From Roseibacillus sp. (GTDB lineage: Bacteria; Verrucomicrobiota; Verrucomicrobiia; Verrucomicrobiales; Akkermansiaceae), in NCBI GenBank assembly GCA_965242925.1, contig CBDEUM010000004.1, forward strand, positions 32,001 through 96,000: a DNA stretch of 64,000 bases, given 5' to 3'. Numbering within the stretch: position 1 is the stretch's first letter; the number at the start of each line of letters is the position of its first letter. Shown piece by piece: positions 40,140 through 49,755 of this stretch. The position numbers and the translations under genes are program-made. Under the pieces are notes generated by a model. That model did no database searches and had not been told where the DNA came from. It saw nothing but the letters and a program-made list of their open reading frames with translations.

Positions 40140-41273
40140 ATGATGAGATTCAATTGGTTCGTGGGTCTGCTGTCTGCCCTGCTGGCAGGGGCCCTCCAGG
40201 CGGAGGTTCCGGTGAAGGAGCGCTGGCTGCGGAAGAGTGGTTACGGGCTGATGTTCCATTACGAGGCCTTCAAGGAGCATTCGCCCCAGTCCTATAATCG
40301 CGCCATTGAATCCTTTGATGTAGACCGATTCGTGGGGGAAGTTGAAGGCACCGGAGCCGGCCACATCATCTTTGTGATTGGTCAACACTGGGGCAGGTAT
40401 TGCGCGCCCAACAGCGCGTACGAGAAACTGCTGGGAGTTGGGAGCGGGGTATGGACCTCGAAACGCGATCTCATCCTGGAGATCGGACAGGAGCTTGCCG
40501 AGCGGGACATCAGGCTCATCATCTACATGACAGCACGTGCGCCCATGCGCCATTACAAGGTCATCAAGGCCCTGGGAGATACGCTGCCCAGCATTGACGG
40601 CAAACCGGCCGGTCCCGGGGTCGATCCGATGTCTCATGGTCGGAAGGTCAAGGGGTTCAGGCGCAGTGAGAATCAGGCACCAAACCCCACCTTTCTCAGG
40701 AACTGGGGGGAGGTATGTGGCGAATGGTCAAGACGCTACGGGAAGCTGGTGTCGGGATGGTGGTTCGACGGCTACAAGACCGAGATGAGGGACTCCTACG
40801 AAGCCCTCAGGAAGGAGAGATATAATGTCGACACCTGGGTGGAGGCCGTCCGTTCAGGTAATCCTGCCGCTGAGCTGGCCTTTAATGCCGGAGCCCATCC
40901 AATCCTCTCCCTCTGCACCGGGGGGAAATTGTGCCCGCACCAGACCTTCACATCGGGTGAGAACCACGGGTTCCATCAGCGGACCAAGAAGGGCCGGGGG
41001 AAGCTGTTGACGCCCGTGAATTTTCCGGCTCCGGAAGGCGTTGTCTGGCACCTCCTCCTGCCGGTCGGCGAGGGGTGGGGGACAGGTGAGGTTTCCAGGT
41101 TCGGCGTTCCCATCCTGAAGGAGCGGATTGATCACATCAATTCTGAAGGAGGCGCCGTGACCCTGGATGTTCAGGTGACTGCGGATGGCAGGATGCCCCT
41201 GGGAATCCTGCAGGTCCTCAGGGAGCTTGGCCAGGATGGCGCGAAGTTAAGGGATGGGATTCGGTCCTACTGA
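40140..41273 (+). CDS. Glycoside hydrolase, GH29 alpha-L-fucosidase-like
   Basis: YGLMFHY, FDVDRF, KRDLI, YG...GWWFDG nucleophile motif; signal peptide. Confidence 0.7.
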   Translation: MMRFNWFVGLLSALLAGALQAEVPVKERWLRKSGYGLMFHYEAFKEHSPQSYNRAIESFDVDRFVGEVEGTGAGHIIFVIGQHWGRYCAPNSAYEKLLGVGSGVWTSKRDLILEIGQELAERDIRLIIYMTARAPMRHYKVIKALGDTLPSIDGKPAGPGVDPMSHGRKVKGFRRSENQAPNPTFLRNWGEVCGEWSRRYGKLVSGWWFDGYKTEMRDSYEALRKERYNVDTWVEAVRSGNPAAELAFNAGAHPILSLCTGGKLCPHQTFTSGENHGFHQRTKKGRGKLLTPVNFPAPEGVVWHLLLPVGEGWGTGEVSRFGVPILKERIDHINSEGGAVTLDVQVTADGRMPLGILQVLRELGQDGAKLRDGIRSY

Positions 41274-41380
41274 GGCCTGCAGGGCAGATTTGTGCGGATG
41301 GCCGGAGCCTGAAGCAGGGCTGACTTGCTTCGTTGTCCGGAATCTGATTTGCTAGGATCGTAAATTCTGGTTCCCAAGCC

Positions 41381-42505
41381 ATGCGTGTTCTCATTGCCTG
41401 TGACAAGTTCAAGGGATCTCTGACCGCCACCGAGGCATGCGAGGCCATACGGGACGGGTTGAGGGAGGCGGGCTCTTCAGACGATCTGGTCGTTTGCCCC
41501 ATCGCCGATGGAGGAGAGGGATTCACCGAATCGATGGTAACAGCGTTGAATGGGCAGTGGCAGTCCTGCGAGTCTTTCGATGCGTTACACAATCCGGTGG
41601 AGGCGCGATACGGATTGCTGCCCGGTGCGTCTGGAGAACTGACAGCGGTCCTGGAGATGGCGGAGGCCAGCGGACTACGGCGCATTCCGGCGGAATCACG
41701 CGACGTGCTGCACTCCTCCACCTTCGGCACGGGCTCGATGATCCGTGGTGCGGTAAATCAGGGCGCCCGGCGGATTCTGATCGGGATCGGCGGCAGTGCC
41801 ACCAACGACGGTGGGGCGGGGATGCTGGCCGCCCTGGGGGTGAAATTCCTGGACGCCAGCGGGAAAGAATTGGATCCCGTGCCGGCCTCGCTGGTGAATT
41901 TGGCGACGGTGGATACCGCTGATCTGATTGATCTTCCTCCGATCGAGGTTGCCTGTGATGTGGAGAATCCCCTGCTGGGGCCAAATGGGGCCAGTGCGGT
42001 TTACGGACCCCAGAAGGGTGCGAGCGAGGAGGAAGTGGGGTTTCTGGAAGGAGCCTTGTCCCGCTTCGTGCAGGTGACGGGGACGGACGAGGCGGCTGAG
42101 ACTCCCGGGGCGGGGGCGGCAGGTGGGCTTGGCTTCGGGTTGATGTACTTTGCGGGGGCTCGCCTGCGGAACGGATTCAACATGGTGGCGGATGCCCTGG
42201 GGTTGCCCGCCCAGATGGCGGCGGCTGATTTCGTAGTGACGGGCGAGGGTTCTCTCGATGGACAAACCCTGCGGGGAAAGGCTCCCATGGGCCTTGCGCT
42301 CCTGGCCCGGGAACACGGGAAGAGGGTGGTTGCAATCGGGGGCCTGGTAGATCCCATCATGAAAGAGTGCCAGTGGTTTGATGCCACTTTCTCGCTGGAG
42401 TCGTTCGGCCTCGGCAAGGACGAGTGCATGTTCCGGGCTGAGGAACTGGTACGGAAGCTGGGGGGGGAGGTGGCCGGACTGCTCAGGCACTGGGAAGACG
42501 AGTAG
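41381..42505 (+). CDS. glxK: Glycerate kinase (GlxK/GarK class I)
   Basis: DKFKGSL, IADGGEG, GIGGSATNDGG, GAGAAGGLG, VTGEG. Confidence 0.93.
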   Translation: MRVLIACDKFKGSLTATEACEAIRDGLREAGSSDDLVVCPIADGGEGFTESMVTALNGQWQSCESFDALHNPVEARYGLLPGASGELTAVLEMAEASGLRRIPAESRDVLHSSTFGTGSMIRGAVNQGARRILIGIGGSATNDGGAGMLAALGVKFLDASGKELDPVPASLVNLATVDTADLIDLPPIEVACDVENPLLGPNGASAVYGPQKGASEEEVGFLEGALSRFVQVTGTDEAAETPGAGAAGGLGFGLMYFAGARLRNGFNMVADALGLPAQMAAADFVVTGEGSLDGQTLRGKAPMGLALLAREHGKRVVAIGGLVDPIMKECQWFDATFSLESFGLGKDECMFRAEELVRKLGGEVAGLLRHWEDE

Positions 42506-42556
42506 GTCGCCACTATGCACTGGATCTTTCGAAGTCAGTCCGTATGACCCGCGGGG

Positions 42557-43504
42557 ATGAGCACGAGGACGCACGAGGCGGTATTGTTGTTTGCGGGGCA
42601 GGGCGCGCAACGGGTCGGAATGGGCCGGGACCTGGTGGAGATCTTTCCGGCCGCCACCACAGCTTTCGGGAAGGCTGACGCGGTCCTGGGGCGCTCGCTG
42701 AGTTCGATTATCTTCGAGGGTCCCGAGGAAGGGCTCACCAAGACGGCCAATTGCCAGCCGGCCCTTTTCGTTCACGGGCTGGCCCTGTTGGACGTCCTGC
42801 GGGATGAAGTGCCCTCTCTCCAACCGGTGGCCGCGGCGGGGTTGTCTCTCGGGGAAATGACTGCTCACACCGCGGCGGGGACCTTTGACTTTGAGAACGG
42901 TCTCCGGCTGGTAGCCCAGCGCGGGGCATTCATGGACGAAGCCTGTGAGATCACCGATGGGGCGATGGCGGCCATGATTGGAGGTGAAGAAGAGGCGGTT
43001 CGCGGGCTGGCGGAGGATTGCGAGGTGGAGGTGGCCAATTTCAATGCCCCGGGACAAATCGTGCTCTCCGGGTCCAGCGAGGGAATAGATCGGGCCGTGA
43101 GCCTTGCCAAGGAACGGGGCATTCGGATGGGCCGCAAACTCAAGGTAGCCGGGGCCTATCATTCGCGCCTGATGGCGGGGGCCCAGGAGAAACTGGGGGA
43201 GGCCCTGGCTGGGACCGGGGTAGGAGTGCCACGAATTCCGGTGATATGTAATTATGCTGCTGAAGAAGTTAGCGACCCCGCTCGGATCCGGGAGACCCTG
43301 ACATCACAGGTGACCGGATCGGTGCGCTGGGAGGAATCGATACGCCTCCTCCTTGACCGGGGGCATCGCCTCTTCATCGAACTTGGTCCCGGCAAGGTGT
43401 TGACGGGATTAATGGGGCGGATCGACAGCGGGAAGACGGCGGAGGTCCTTGCCGTGGAGGACCGGGAAAGCCTTGAGTCCGCGGTGGCTCACTTGCGGGG
43501 TTGA
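42557..43504 (+). CDS. fabD: Malonyl-CoA:ACP transacylase
   Basis: FAGQGAQ, GLSLGE active Ser, NFNAPGQIV, AGAYHS, ELGPG. Confidence 0.95.
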   Translation: MSTRTHEAVLLFAGQGAQRVGMGRDLVEIFPAATTAFGKADAVLGRSLSSIIFEGPEEGLTKTANCQPALFVHGLALLDVLRDEVPSLQPVAAAGLSLGEMTAHTAAGTFDFENGLRLVAQRGAFMDEACEITDGAMAAMIGGEEEAVRGLAEDCEVEVANFNAPGQIVLSGSSEGIDRAVSLAKERGIRMGRKLKVAGAYHSRLMAGAQEKLGEALAGTGVGVPRIPVICNYAAEEVSDPARIRETLTSQVTGSVRWEESIRLLLDRGHRLFIELGPGKVLTGLMGRIDSGKTAEVLAVEDRESLESAVAHLRG

Positions 43505-43557
43505 GTGCCAGCGCCTTTCGGGCGGGGTCTCGGGGTCGGGTAATCCTGATTTTAGAT

Positions 43558-43586
43558 TTGCCTGCAGGAGCGAATCATCCTAGCTT
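43558..43586 (+). promoter_or_regulatory. Putative tRNA promoter TTGCCT-N17-TAGCTT
   Basis: Correct spacing, followed by a GC-rich discriminator (gcgcgccc) just upstream of tRNA-Asp. Confidence 0.5.
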
Positions 43587-43602
43587 GCGCGCCCACTGAA
43601 GC

Positions 43603-43679
<77 letters not shown>

Positions 43680-43767
43680 GTTTTCCCACTTGGGGAAAGG
43701 CGCGCCCTCCTCGTATACACGGGCGTCGTATTTGCCTCAGACGAGCTGCAGTTCTCGTGGGCGGGAA

Positions 43768-44019
43768 TCAAGCCATTCCCGGCCGGGAGCTCCACCAGCC
43801 CAGGAGGAAGAGCACCAACCCGACCAGGACGAGCGGGCACCCGATGGTGGCAGGGAGGAGCGAGTTGCTGATATCCTCCGCCAGGGTCTTCGCGGAAACG
43901 GTCGCCTGTTCCTTGTAGGCTCCGATCATGTCCGCGGCAGTCATGGCCACGCCAACCATCCCGGCAAGCAGCAGGATGAGCCCGGTTCGTTTAAGGCGCC
44001 TGTTCTTCATGGACTCCAT
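43768..44019 (-). CDS. Small two-TM membrane protein, MotA/TolQ/ExbB-channel-like
   Basis: TM-MIGAY...LAEDISNSLLPATIG-TM resembles the ExbB/TolQ channel helices. Confidence 0.5.
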   Translation of the reverse strand: MESMKNRRLKRTGLILLLAGMVGVAMTAADMIGAYKEQATVSAKTLAEDISNSLLPATIGCPLVLVGLVLFLLGWWSSRPGMA

Positions 44020-44259
44020 ATTAGGAAGATCAATGGAAGAGGCGATTACAATCGGGAGGCCGGATTGGAAGAGGTTGCGATCGATCTGTTGGTAACCGTG
44101 TGTGGGTTCCTGTGTCATTGATGGGAAAGGAGCGATGCGCGTCAATCCCGTCCGCTCCGCTGCTTCTCCTTGGTTTTGCAGGGGCTGTGATTGGAAGGCA
44201 CTACGTTCACTGCCAAGGTGACCAGTTTGACAGGTGCAGCTCCCGACCTACCCTTGGGC

Positions 44260-45060
44260 ATGCCCTGCTGTTTTAATGCCAGCACCATTCGGCCCGTTCC
44301 TTTGCTGGATAAGATCCGCATTGTCGGGGAGGCCGGTTATGGTGCCATTGAACTATGGCACGATGAGCTTGATGCCTGCCTTGCTGGTGGGGCTACGATG
44401 GCGGATGTGAGAAACGCTCTGTCCGATCAGGGCTTGATTGTGCCCACCACCATTTACCTTGCCGATTGGTTCGATGCCCCACCGGAGGAGTATCCCGTGG
44501 TGCTTGAGGAATGTAGACGGCGCATGGCGCAGGCGGCGGAACTGGGTGCGCCCTATGTCATTGCCAGTCCGCCAGCGGGCGAGGCCGATCATGACCTCGG
44601 CTCGGCGCGCTACCGTGAACTGCTGGAGATTGGCGCGACCATGGGGGTGAAGCCGTCCATGGAGTTCCTTGGGTTTGTGGATCAGTTCAACACGATTGAG
44701 GATGCGCTGGATGTGGTGGAACGCTGCGGTCATCCTGATGCTACGATCATCCTTGACCCCTACCACGTCTTTCGCGGTGGCGGTGCGATGGAGTCCATTC
44801 TGAAACTCAAGCCTGAACAGGTCGCCATCTCCCATTTCAATGATGCCCCTGCCACGCCGCCCCGGGAGGAACAGCATGACCACAACCGTGTGATGCCCGG
44901 GGAGGGGCATCTCGACCTCGCGCGCTACTGCGCCCTGCTCCGGGAAATCGGCTACGAGGGCTGGCTCTCGTTGGAATTATTCAATGAAACACACTGGGCC
45001 GAGGATCCTGCGGAGGTTGCCCGGATCGGGTTGGAAAAACTTCAGCAGTGGTGGGGATGA
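44260..45060 (+). CDS. Sugar phosphate isomerase/epimerase (xylose-isomerase-like TIM barrel)
   Basis: AGYGAIELW, MEFLG, LDPYH, HFND, PGEG, GYEGWLSLELF. Confidence 0.9.
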   Translation: MPCCFNASTIRPVPLLDKIRIVGEAGYGAIELWHDELDACLAGGATMADVRNALSDQGLIVPTTIYLADWFDAPPEEYPVVLEECRRRMAQAAELGAPYVIASPPAGEADHDLGSARYRELLEIGATMGVKPSMEFLGFVDQFNTIEDALDVVERCGHPDATIILDPYHVFRGGGAMESILKLKPEQVAISHFNDAPATPPREEQHDHNRVMPGEGHLDLARYCALLREIGYEGWLSLELFNETHWAEDPAEVARIGLEKLQQWWG

Positions 45061-45177
45061 GTTAACTGCGGAGAGGAATTAGGAGGCGCCAACTTTTGAG
45101 ACAAGAGGCCCCAGAGACGCAGGAGGGGAGATCCCATTTGCCACCCGAGTCCGGGAAGTGGTAGGACTTAAGGCGTT

Positions 45178-46667
45178 ATGAAGAGAGTGTTTTCATTGGC
45201 ATGCAGTGTTGTGGCAGCAGTGGGGATCTCGGTGTTGGTTGCCAGCTGTGGAAAGAAGGATGACCTGGAAAGCCAGCTGATCGGTTACTGGGAGCCAGAT
45301 GTGGAGTTGATTATCGAGCAGCAGAAGAGGGAAAATGAGGACCTCTTCAAGGAAATGAGCCCCGAGGAAGTGGCCAAGATGTTGGCCTCTGCCAGGGAGT
45401 CAGTGACTGAGCAGATTCCAACAATGCATATTTCCGGGAAGGGAACCATGGTGAGTATCGGGGGAGAAGAGTTCATGACCTATACGGTGACCTCGGTGGA
45501 CAAGGCGAGTAAGGCCCTCTCCGCGGAACTCGACAATGGAGGAGAAATAGCCCCGGCAGAAATCACGCTTGGGGACAGTAAATTCCAGATCTGGTGTCAA
45601 TGTGAGGAGTGCCTTGAGGGCGACAAAGATCTCTTTATGGCGTTTGTTCGTATCAAGAGGGAGGAATGGCAGGAACGAGTGCTGGCCCTAAAAGATGAAC
45701 AAGAAATCGATGGGTCTGAAGGAGAACCGGAGTTGGTATTGGGTGATGGATTGGAGGACAAACTCGCTCAGTCGGCATTAAAGGCCGCCATTGAGGAGCG
45801 TCAGGCAAAGAAGAAGGCCGTGACGGATGACGAGAATGCCAGCAATATGGGCGAAGTCCTGAGGGCGCTTCAGACCTACATCCACCGCTCGAGAAAGAAG
45901 GCTTTTCCTGCCACCCTGGAGGAGCTCGAACTTATCGATGTTGCCGGGAAAAGAAGTAAAATCCTGTTCATGCAGTGCGAGGATGGGAAGTCTCGGCCTT
46001 GGGCTTACGTTCCAGGGGTGGTGCCCGGGAAGGACGCAGAGAGGATCATCCTCCACAGTCCGAAGGCGGAGGCTGGAGAGCGGATGGTGGGCATGTCGGA
46101 CGGAAGTGTTAGAACCCTGTCCGAGACGGTATTCGAGGTGATGCTGGAGAAACAGGCCGCAGCGGCCGCGGCGGAGGCGGAAGGCGAAGAGGAGTCCGTT
46201 TCTGTCGGCCAGGTGGCCAAGCCCGATGAGCCTGGGTCCGATGAGCCTGGGTCCGATGAGCCTGGGTCCGATGAGCCTGGGTCCGATGAGCCTCCGATGA
46301 GCCTGGGTCCGATGAGCCTGGGTCCGATGAGCCTGGGTCCGATGAGCCTGGGTCCGATGAGCCTGGGTCCGATGAGCCTGGGTCCGATGAGCCTGGGTCC
46401 GATGAGCCTGGGTCCGATGAGCCTGGGTCCGATGAGCCTGATGAACCTGAGTCCGGGGAGGACTCAGAGTCACCCACGAAGGAGTCCCTTGTCGGGGTGT
46501 GGACCAACAAGTCTGGGAAGAAGGTTGAAGCCACGCTTCTGGAGGTAAAGGGCGATAAGGCTGTCCTCAAGATGGCCAACGGTAAGACCTACAACTACCC
46601 GATCGCCAATCTCGATGCCGAGAGCCAGAAAAGGGTGAGGGAGTTTGCTGCAGCGACAGAGGAGTAA
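45178..46667 (+). CDS. Multidomain lipoprotein with (DEPGS)n linker and C-terminal SHD1 domain, frameshifted within the repeat
   Basis: Lipobox LVASC. The frame of the downstream repeat units reads on to WTNKSGKKVEATLLEVKGDKAVLKMANGKTYNYPIANLDAESQKRV...TAA at 46665-46667. As assembled, the ORF from 45178 ends at 46548. Confidence 0.8.
46225..46454 (+). repeat. 15-bp tandem repeat GATGAGCCTGGGTCC: 4 perfect units, one 11-bp unit, 9 perfect units, degenerate end
   Basis: Direct reading; the short unit GATGAGCCTCC is at 46285-46295. Confidence 0.97.
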
Positions 46668-46733
46668 TTCCCGGTCAGCAGGTGAAAAAAACATTCACCA
46701 ACCACCCCAGGGATCTGATACGACTCTGGCGTC

Positions 46734-47189
46734 ATGAAGAAGGCAGCAATCATCCTCTCGTTAGCGGGAATCCTGCTTCTTGTCGGCGGGTGTCAGACGG
46801 CGACCACTCCCGCGACCTCGATGCAGTTGCAGAAGTCCTACAAGGAGGAATTCGGGGCCGTGGTCAGTATCAGGAAGGTCACCTACAACGATTCCCCGGA
46901 TGATGGAGACGGAGTGGTCGGCGGCGTGATCGCAGGTGCTTTGATCGGTTCTGATGATGGCGCGGCCTTCGAGGGCGCAGTGATCGGCGGGTTACTGGGC
47001 GGACTGGGTGAGAAATTTGCGGGCAAGACCGCCTTTGAAATCCGGATCAGGAAGGACGGGGGCGAACTGGTCACCGTGCTCCAGCGGGCCCGGGGGATCC
47101 GGGATCTTCGTGCGGAGGACCGGATCCGGATCCTGACCGATCCCACGGGGGGCACGATCGTCGAGAAGATCCAGCCCCCGGCGTCTTAA
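46734..47189 (+). CDS. SlyB-like glycine-zipper lipoprotein
   Basis: Lipobox-like VGGC; GVVGGVIAGALIG...GAVIGGLLGG glycine zipper. Confidence 0.78.
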   Translation: MKKAAIILSLAGILLLVGGCQTATTPATSMQLQKSYKEEFGAVVSIRKVTYNDSPDDGDGVVGGVIAGALIGSDDGAAFEGAVIGGLLGGLGEKFAGKTAFEIRIRKDGGELVTVLQRARGIRDLRAEDRIRILTDPTGGTIVEKIQPPAS

Positions 47190-47416
47190 TCAGCCCTGTT
47201 CTGAATTGTTGAAGACGCTTCAGGGTCTTCTGTGCACGACGGTCTGAATCTGGATTCCCGGTAATTGCTCTCCACGATTCGCCTCAGGGTGCCGGTCTCC
47301 GCATGATGCCTGGCCGACATCATCCCCTCACTTGGAGAAGATGTGAGTCTCCAGCATTGAGAGAGCAGAGGCGAGGATGTCGCGGGTGAATCCGCGGGGA
47401 TCAGAGTAAGCCTGTT

Positions 47417-48271
47417 TCAGACCGGAACAAGCAAGTCGGGCAACTGCGCGAGGGTGGTGATCAGGGCATCGGGGGAGTGCAGGGCGGTCTGGTCAGAATG
47501 CAACCGCAGGGACCGATTGTCACCGGCGAAGAGGGCGGTGTGGAAGCCGAGTTCGGCGGCGGGGTGGATATCCTTGTGGGCGTCATTGCCGAGGTAAAGG
47601 GTTTCGGCAGGGGCGATGCCTCGTTGAGTCAGTCTTTCGTGGAGGATCCGGTAGAGAGCAAGTCCCGGTTTGGCGACGCCATGCCGGTAGGAAAAGAGAC
47701 AAAGGTCCTCCGCGAAACCCAGTTCTTCGAGATCCCGGTCCAGGAGGGCCGGGAAAAGGAGGGGGGTGTAGAACTGGGCATTGGAGACAATGCCGAGGGT
47801 CAGCCCCCTGCCGCGCAGAGTGGCCAGGGTTTCGGAGGCTCCTGGCATGGGCCAGACCTGGTTGGTGATGCACTCGCAGGCAAGGGCTGCATGTTCGAGT
47901 TCCGGTCCACGAGGCAGGTTCAGCAGTTCGCTCCAGAGATCACGGATTTCAATTTCGGGGTATCTGATGCCCCGGTCGCGGGCGGCTGCGTGTTCCCGGC
48001 TGACAAGGTCGTGGAGTCGGTCGGTGAGCGAACGGTTTCCGGAAGGGGACGTGATTCCGTGTTTTTTGAGGATGGCCCGGAGGGGATCTTTGCGGGGTGA
48101 CTCTGTCTGGGGGCGCTGGTCTCCGCAGGAGGAGATGAAGAGGGTGCCGTAGACGTCGAAGATAACAGCCCTGATGCCCGGGAAGCTGGGTAGGACCGGG
48201 TCACAGGAGGTGGGAACAGGTTTCATCTCCCGGGAGAGTTCCCGGATGATTTGAATGGCGGCAGAGTTCAT
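47417..48271 (-). CDS. HAD-family hydrolase/phosphatase
   Basis: IFDVYGTL, GIVSNAQ, KPG, YLGND..KD. Confidence 0.88.
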   Translation of the reverse strand: MNSAAIQIIRELSREMKPVPTSCDPVLPSFPGIRAVIFDVYGTLFISSCGDQRPQTESPRKDPLRAILKKHGITSPSGNRSLTDRLHDLVSREHAAARDRGIRYPEIEIRDLWSELLNLPRGPELEHAALACECITNQVWPMPGASETLATLRGRGLTLGIVSNAQFYTPLLFPALLDRDLEELGFAEDLCLFSYRHGVAKPGLALYRILHERLTQRGIAPAETLYLGNDAHKDIHPAAELGFHTALFAGDNRSLRLHSDQTALHSPDALITTLAQLPDLLVPV

Positions 48272-48273
48272 CT

Positions 48274-49731
48274 TCAGGATCGCAGGAAGTGAAAGCGCTC
48301 CGGCTTGAGAAACTGTCCAAGGACCGCCCGCCGGTTGAGCCAGGTGGGGGTTTCCGGGGTCGCGGCGGCGAGTTCACGGTAGAGGTCCTGATGCGCTTCG
48401 GCGTAGCGGGTAACGGAATAGGGTTTGAGAGCTTCGGGGGCGGCAGGGGGGACATGATGTTCCAATGCGGCGGCCAGCCACTCGGGGGCGGGCACGGAGA
48501 AGCCGCCGCTGTTGATCAGGAGATCTCCGGGGGAGACGAGGGCACGGGGAAAGATTTCCAGTTGCAGTTCCTCGGGGAGATTTCCGAAGTCGAGAAACTT
48601 GCCCCGGTCAAGTGTCGCAAGAGTTTCGGTCACGATGCGGTCGGGAAGTGATTCTCCACAGGAGTGATACAGGCGGAGGAGGTGATCGCGAAGGAGGGTG
48701 CGCAGGTGGTTTTCGTTCACCCAGGTGCGCGGGATCAGGATCTCCTGATAGAGAGCTCCGAGGCTCACGTCGTCGGGCACGAAGCGGGAGGTGATTTCAG
48801 GCAGATTACGTCCCAGGAGAGGTTTCCCCAGGGCCAGAGATTCAAGAAAGGTGAGTCCGAAGCCTTCCGCGATGGAGGTGGTGACGAGATGGGTGGAATG
48901 GGACAGCCAGCTCGCGTAGGAGGAATCCATCTTATCGCTGGGCGATGAGCGCCCTACGACCCCCATCCTGATGGGGAGATGGTATTGCTTTGCCGCCCGG
49001 GTCCATTGATCATAGATCGGATGCCAGGTGGGATTGTCTGGCGGGAGGGCCAGGGCGAAGGAGGTTCCGGGAGGCGCAAGGGCGGAGAGGAGACAGAACT
49101 CCCCGAGATTCTTGCGGCGAATTCCCCGCACGGCATAAAAGACAAAGGGGGCACCAGGCTCACGGGTTGTGCGGGGGAATTCTGTCGGTGCTTGGATGGC
49201 ATTAGGAAGCAGCGAGATCTGTTCCGGTGGGACTCCGGAGGCCAGCAGGATGGCCTGATCGCGCGGGTTGAGAGTCAGGTAGCGGATCTGTGGGGCGAGG
49301 GGATAGAGATGCTCGTGGGTGACCAGATTTTCGTAATTCTCCGGTCGCCCATCCTCTGCAAGGTCATGGAGATGGAGGACGAGAGGCACGCGACTTCCGG
49401 CCAGTTCGGCAACGAGTCCGGGGAAAAGAGCATTTTTCCCCAGGGTCGGGTTGTGGAGATGCCAGCACGCCGGTTCGGAATTGAGGGCCTGACCGGCAGC
49501 CTGTCGCAGTCCGCTGAAGAGTTGCGAGCTGTCTGCTCCCTCCCGTCCATAGTCCTGGTGGTAGTCCAGGGAGGGAACGACGGTCACCGGAAGCCGGGCC
49601 GATCCTTCGTATGCGGTGCCCGACAGGATGACGTGCGCGATCCCGGCTCGTGAGAGAGCTTCCGACTGTGCTTCGATCACCCGCGTCACCCCACCAGGAC
49701 GCAGGTGGTAGTGAATGAGAGCAACGGACAT
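48274..49731 (-). CDS. GT-B glycosyltransferase (GT4-like)
   Basis: HYHLRPGGVT, RGIRRKN, SIAEGFGLTFLE (E-x7-E). Confidence 0.82.
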   Translation of the reverse strand: MSVALIHYHLRPGGVTRVIEAQSEALSRAGIAHVILSGTAYEGSARLPVTVVPSLDYHQDYGREGADSSQLFSGLRQAAGQALNSEPACWHLHNPTLGKNALFPGLVAELAGSRVPLVLHLHDLAEDGRPENYENLVTHEHLYPLAPQIRYLTLNPRDQAILLASGVPPEQISLLPNAIQAPTEFPRTTREPGAPFVFYAVRGIRRKNLGEFCLLSALAPPGTSFALALPPDNPTWHPIYDQWTRAAKQYHLPIRMGVVGRSSPSDKMDSSYASWLSHSTHLVTTSIAEGFGLTFLESLALGKPLLGRNLPEITSRFVPDDVSLGALYQEILIPRTWVNENHLRTLLRDHLLRLYHSCGESLPDRIVTETLATLDRGKFLDFGNLPEELQLEIFPRALVSPGDLLINSGGFSVPAPEWLAAALEHHVPPAAPEALKPYSVTRYAEAHQDLYRELAAATPETPTWLNRRAVLGQFLKPERFHFLRS

Positions 49732-49755
49732 GGTCAGATAAACCTCCTTTCCATT

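Noticed and set aside
41696..43162. Long antisense ORFs (e.g. 488 aa here; also 26048-27205, 62008-63177, 17372-18436)
   Set aside because: Shadow frames of well-supported genes, expected in high-GC DNA, with no recognisable motifs.
46225..46454. CRISPR array
   Set aside because: Head-to-tail 15-bp units without spacers, inside a coding region, and no cas genes in the window.
46296..46548. (PMSLG)n C-terminus as a genuine protein tail
   Set aside because: It is the shifted reading of the DEPGS repeat; the other frame gives a recognisable SHD1 domain.
47190..47416. ncRNA or small gene in the convergent intergenic gap
   Set aside because: Only short hairpins; no recognisable RNA family or convincing ORF.
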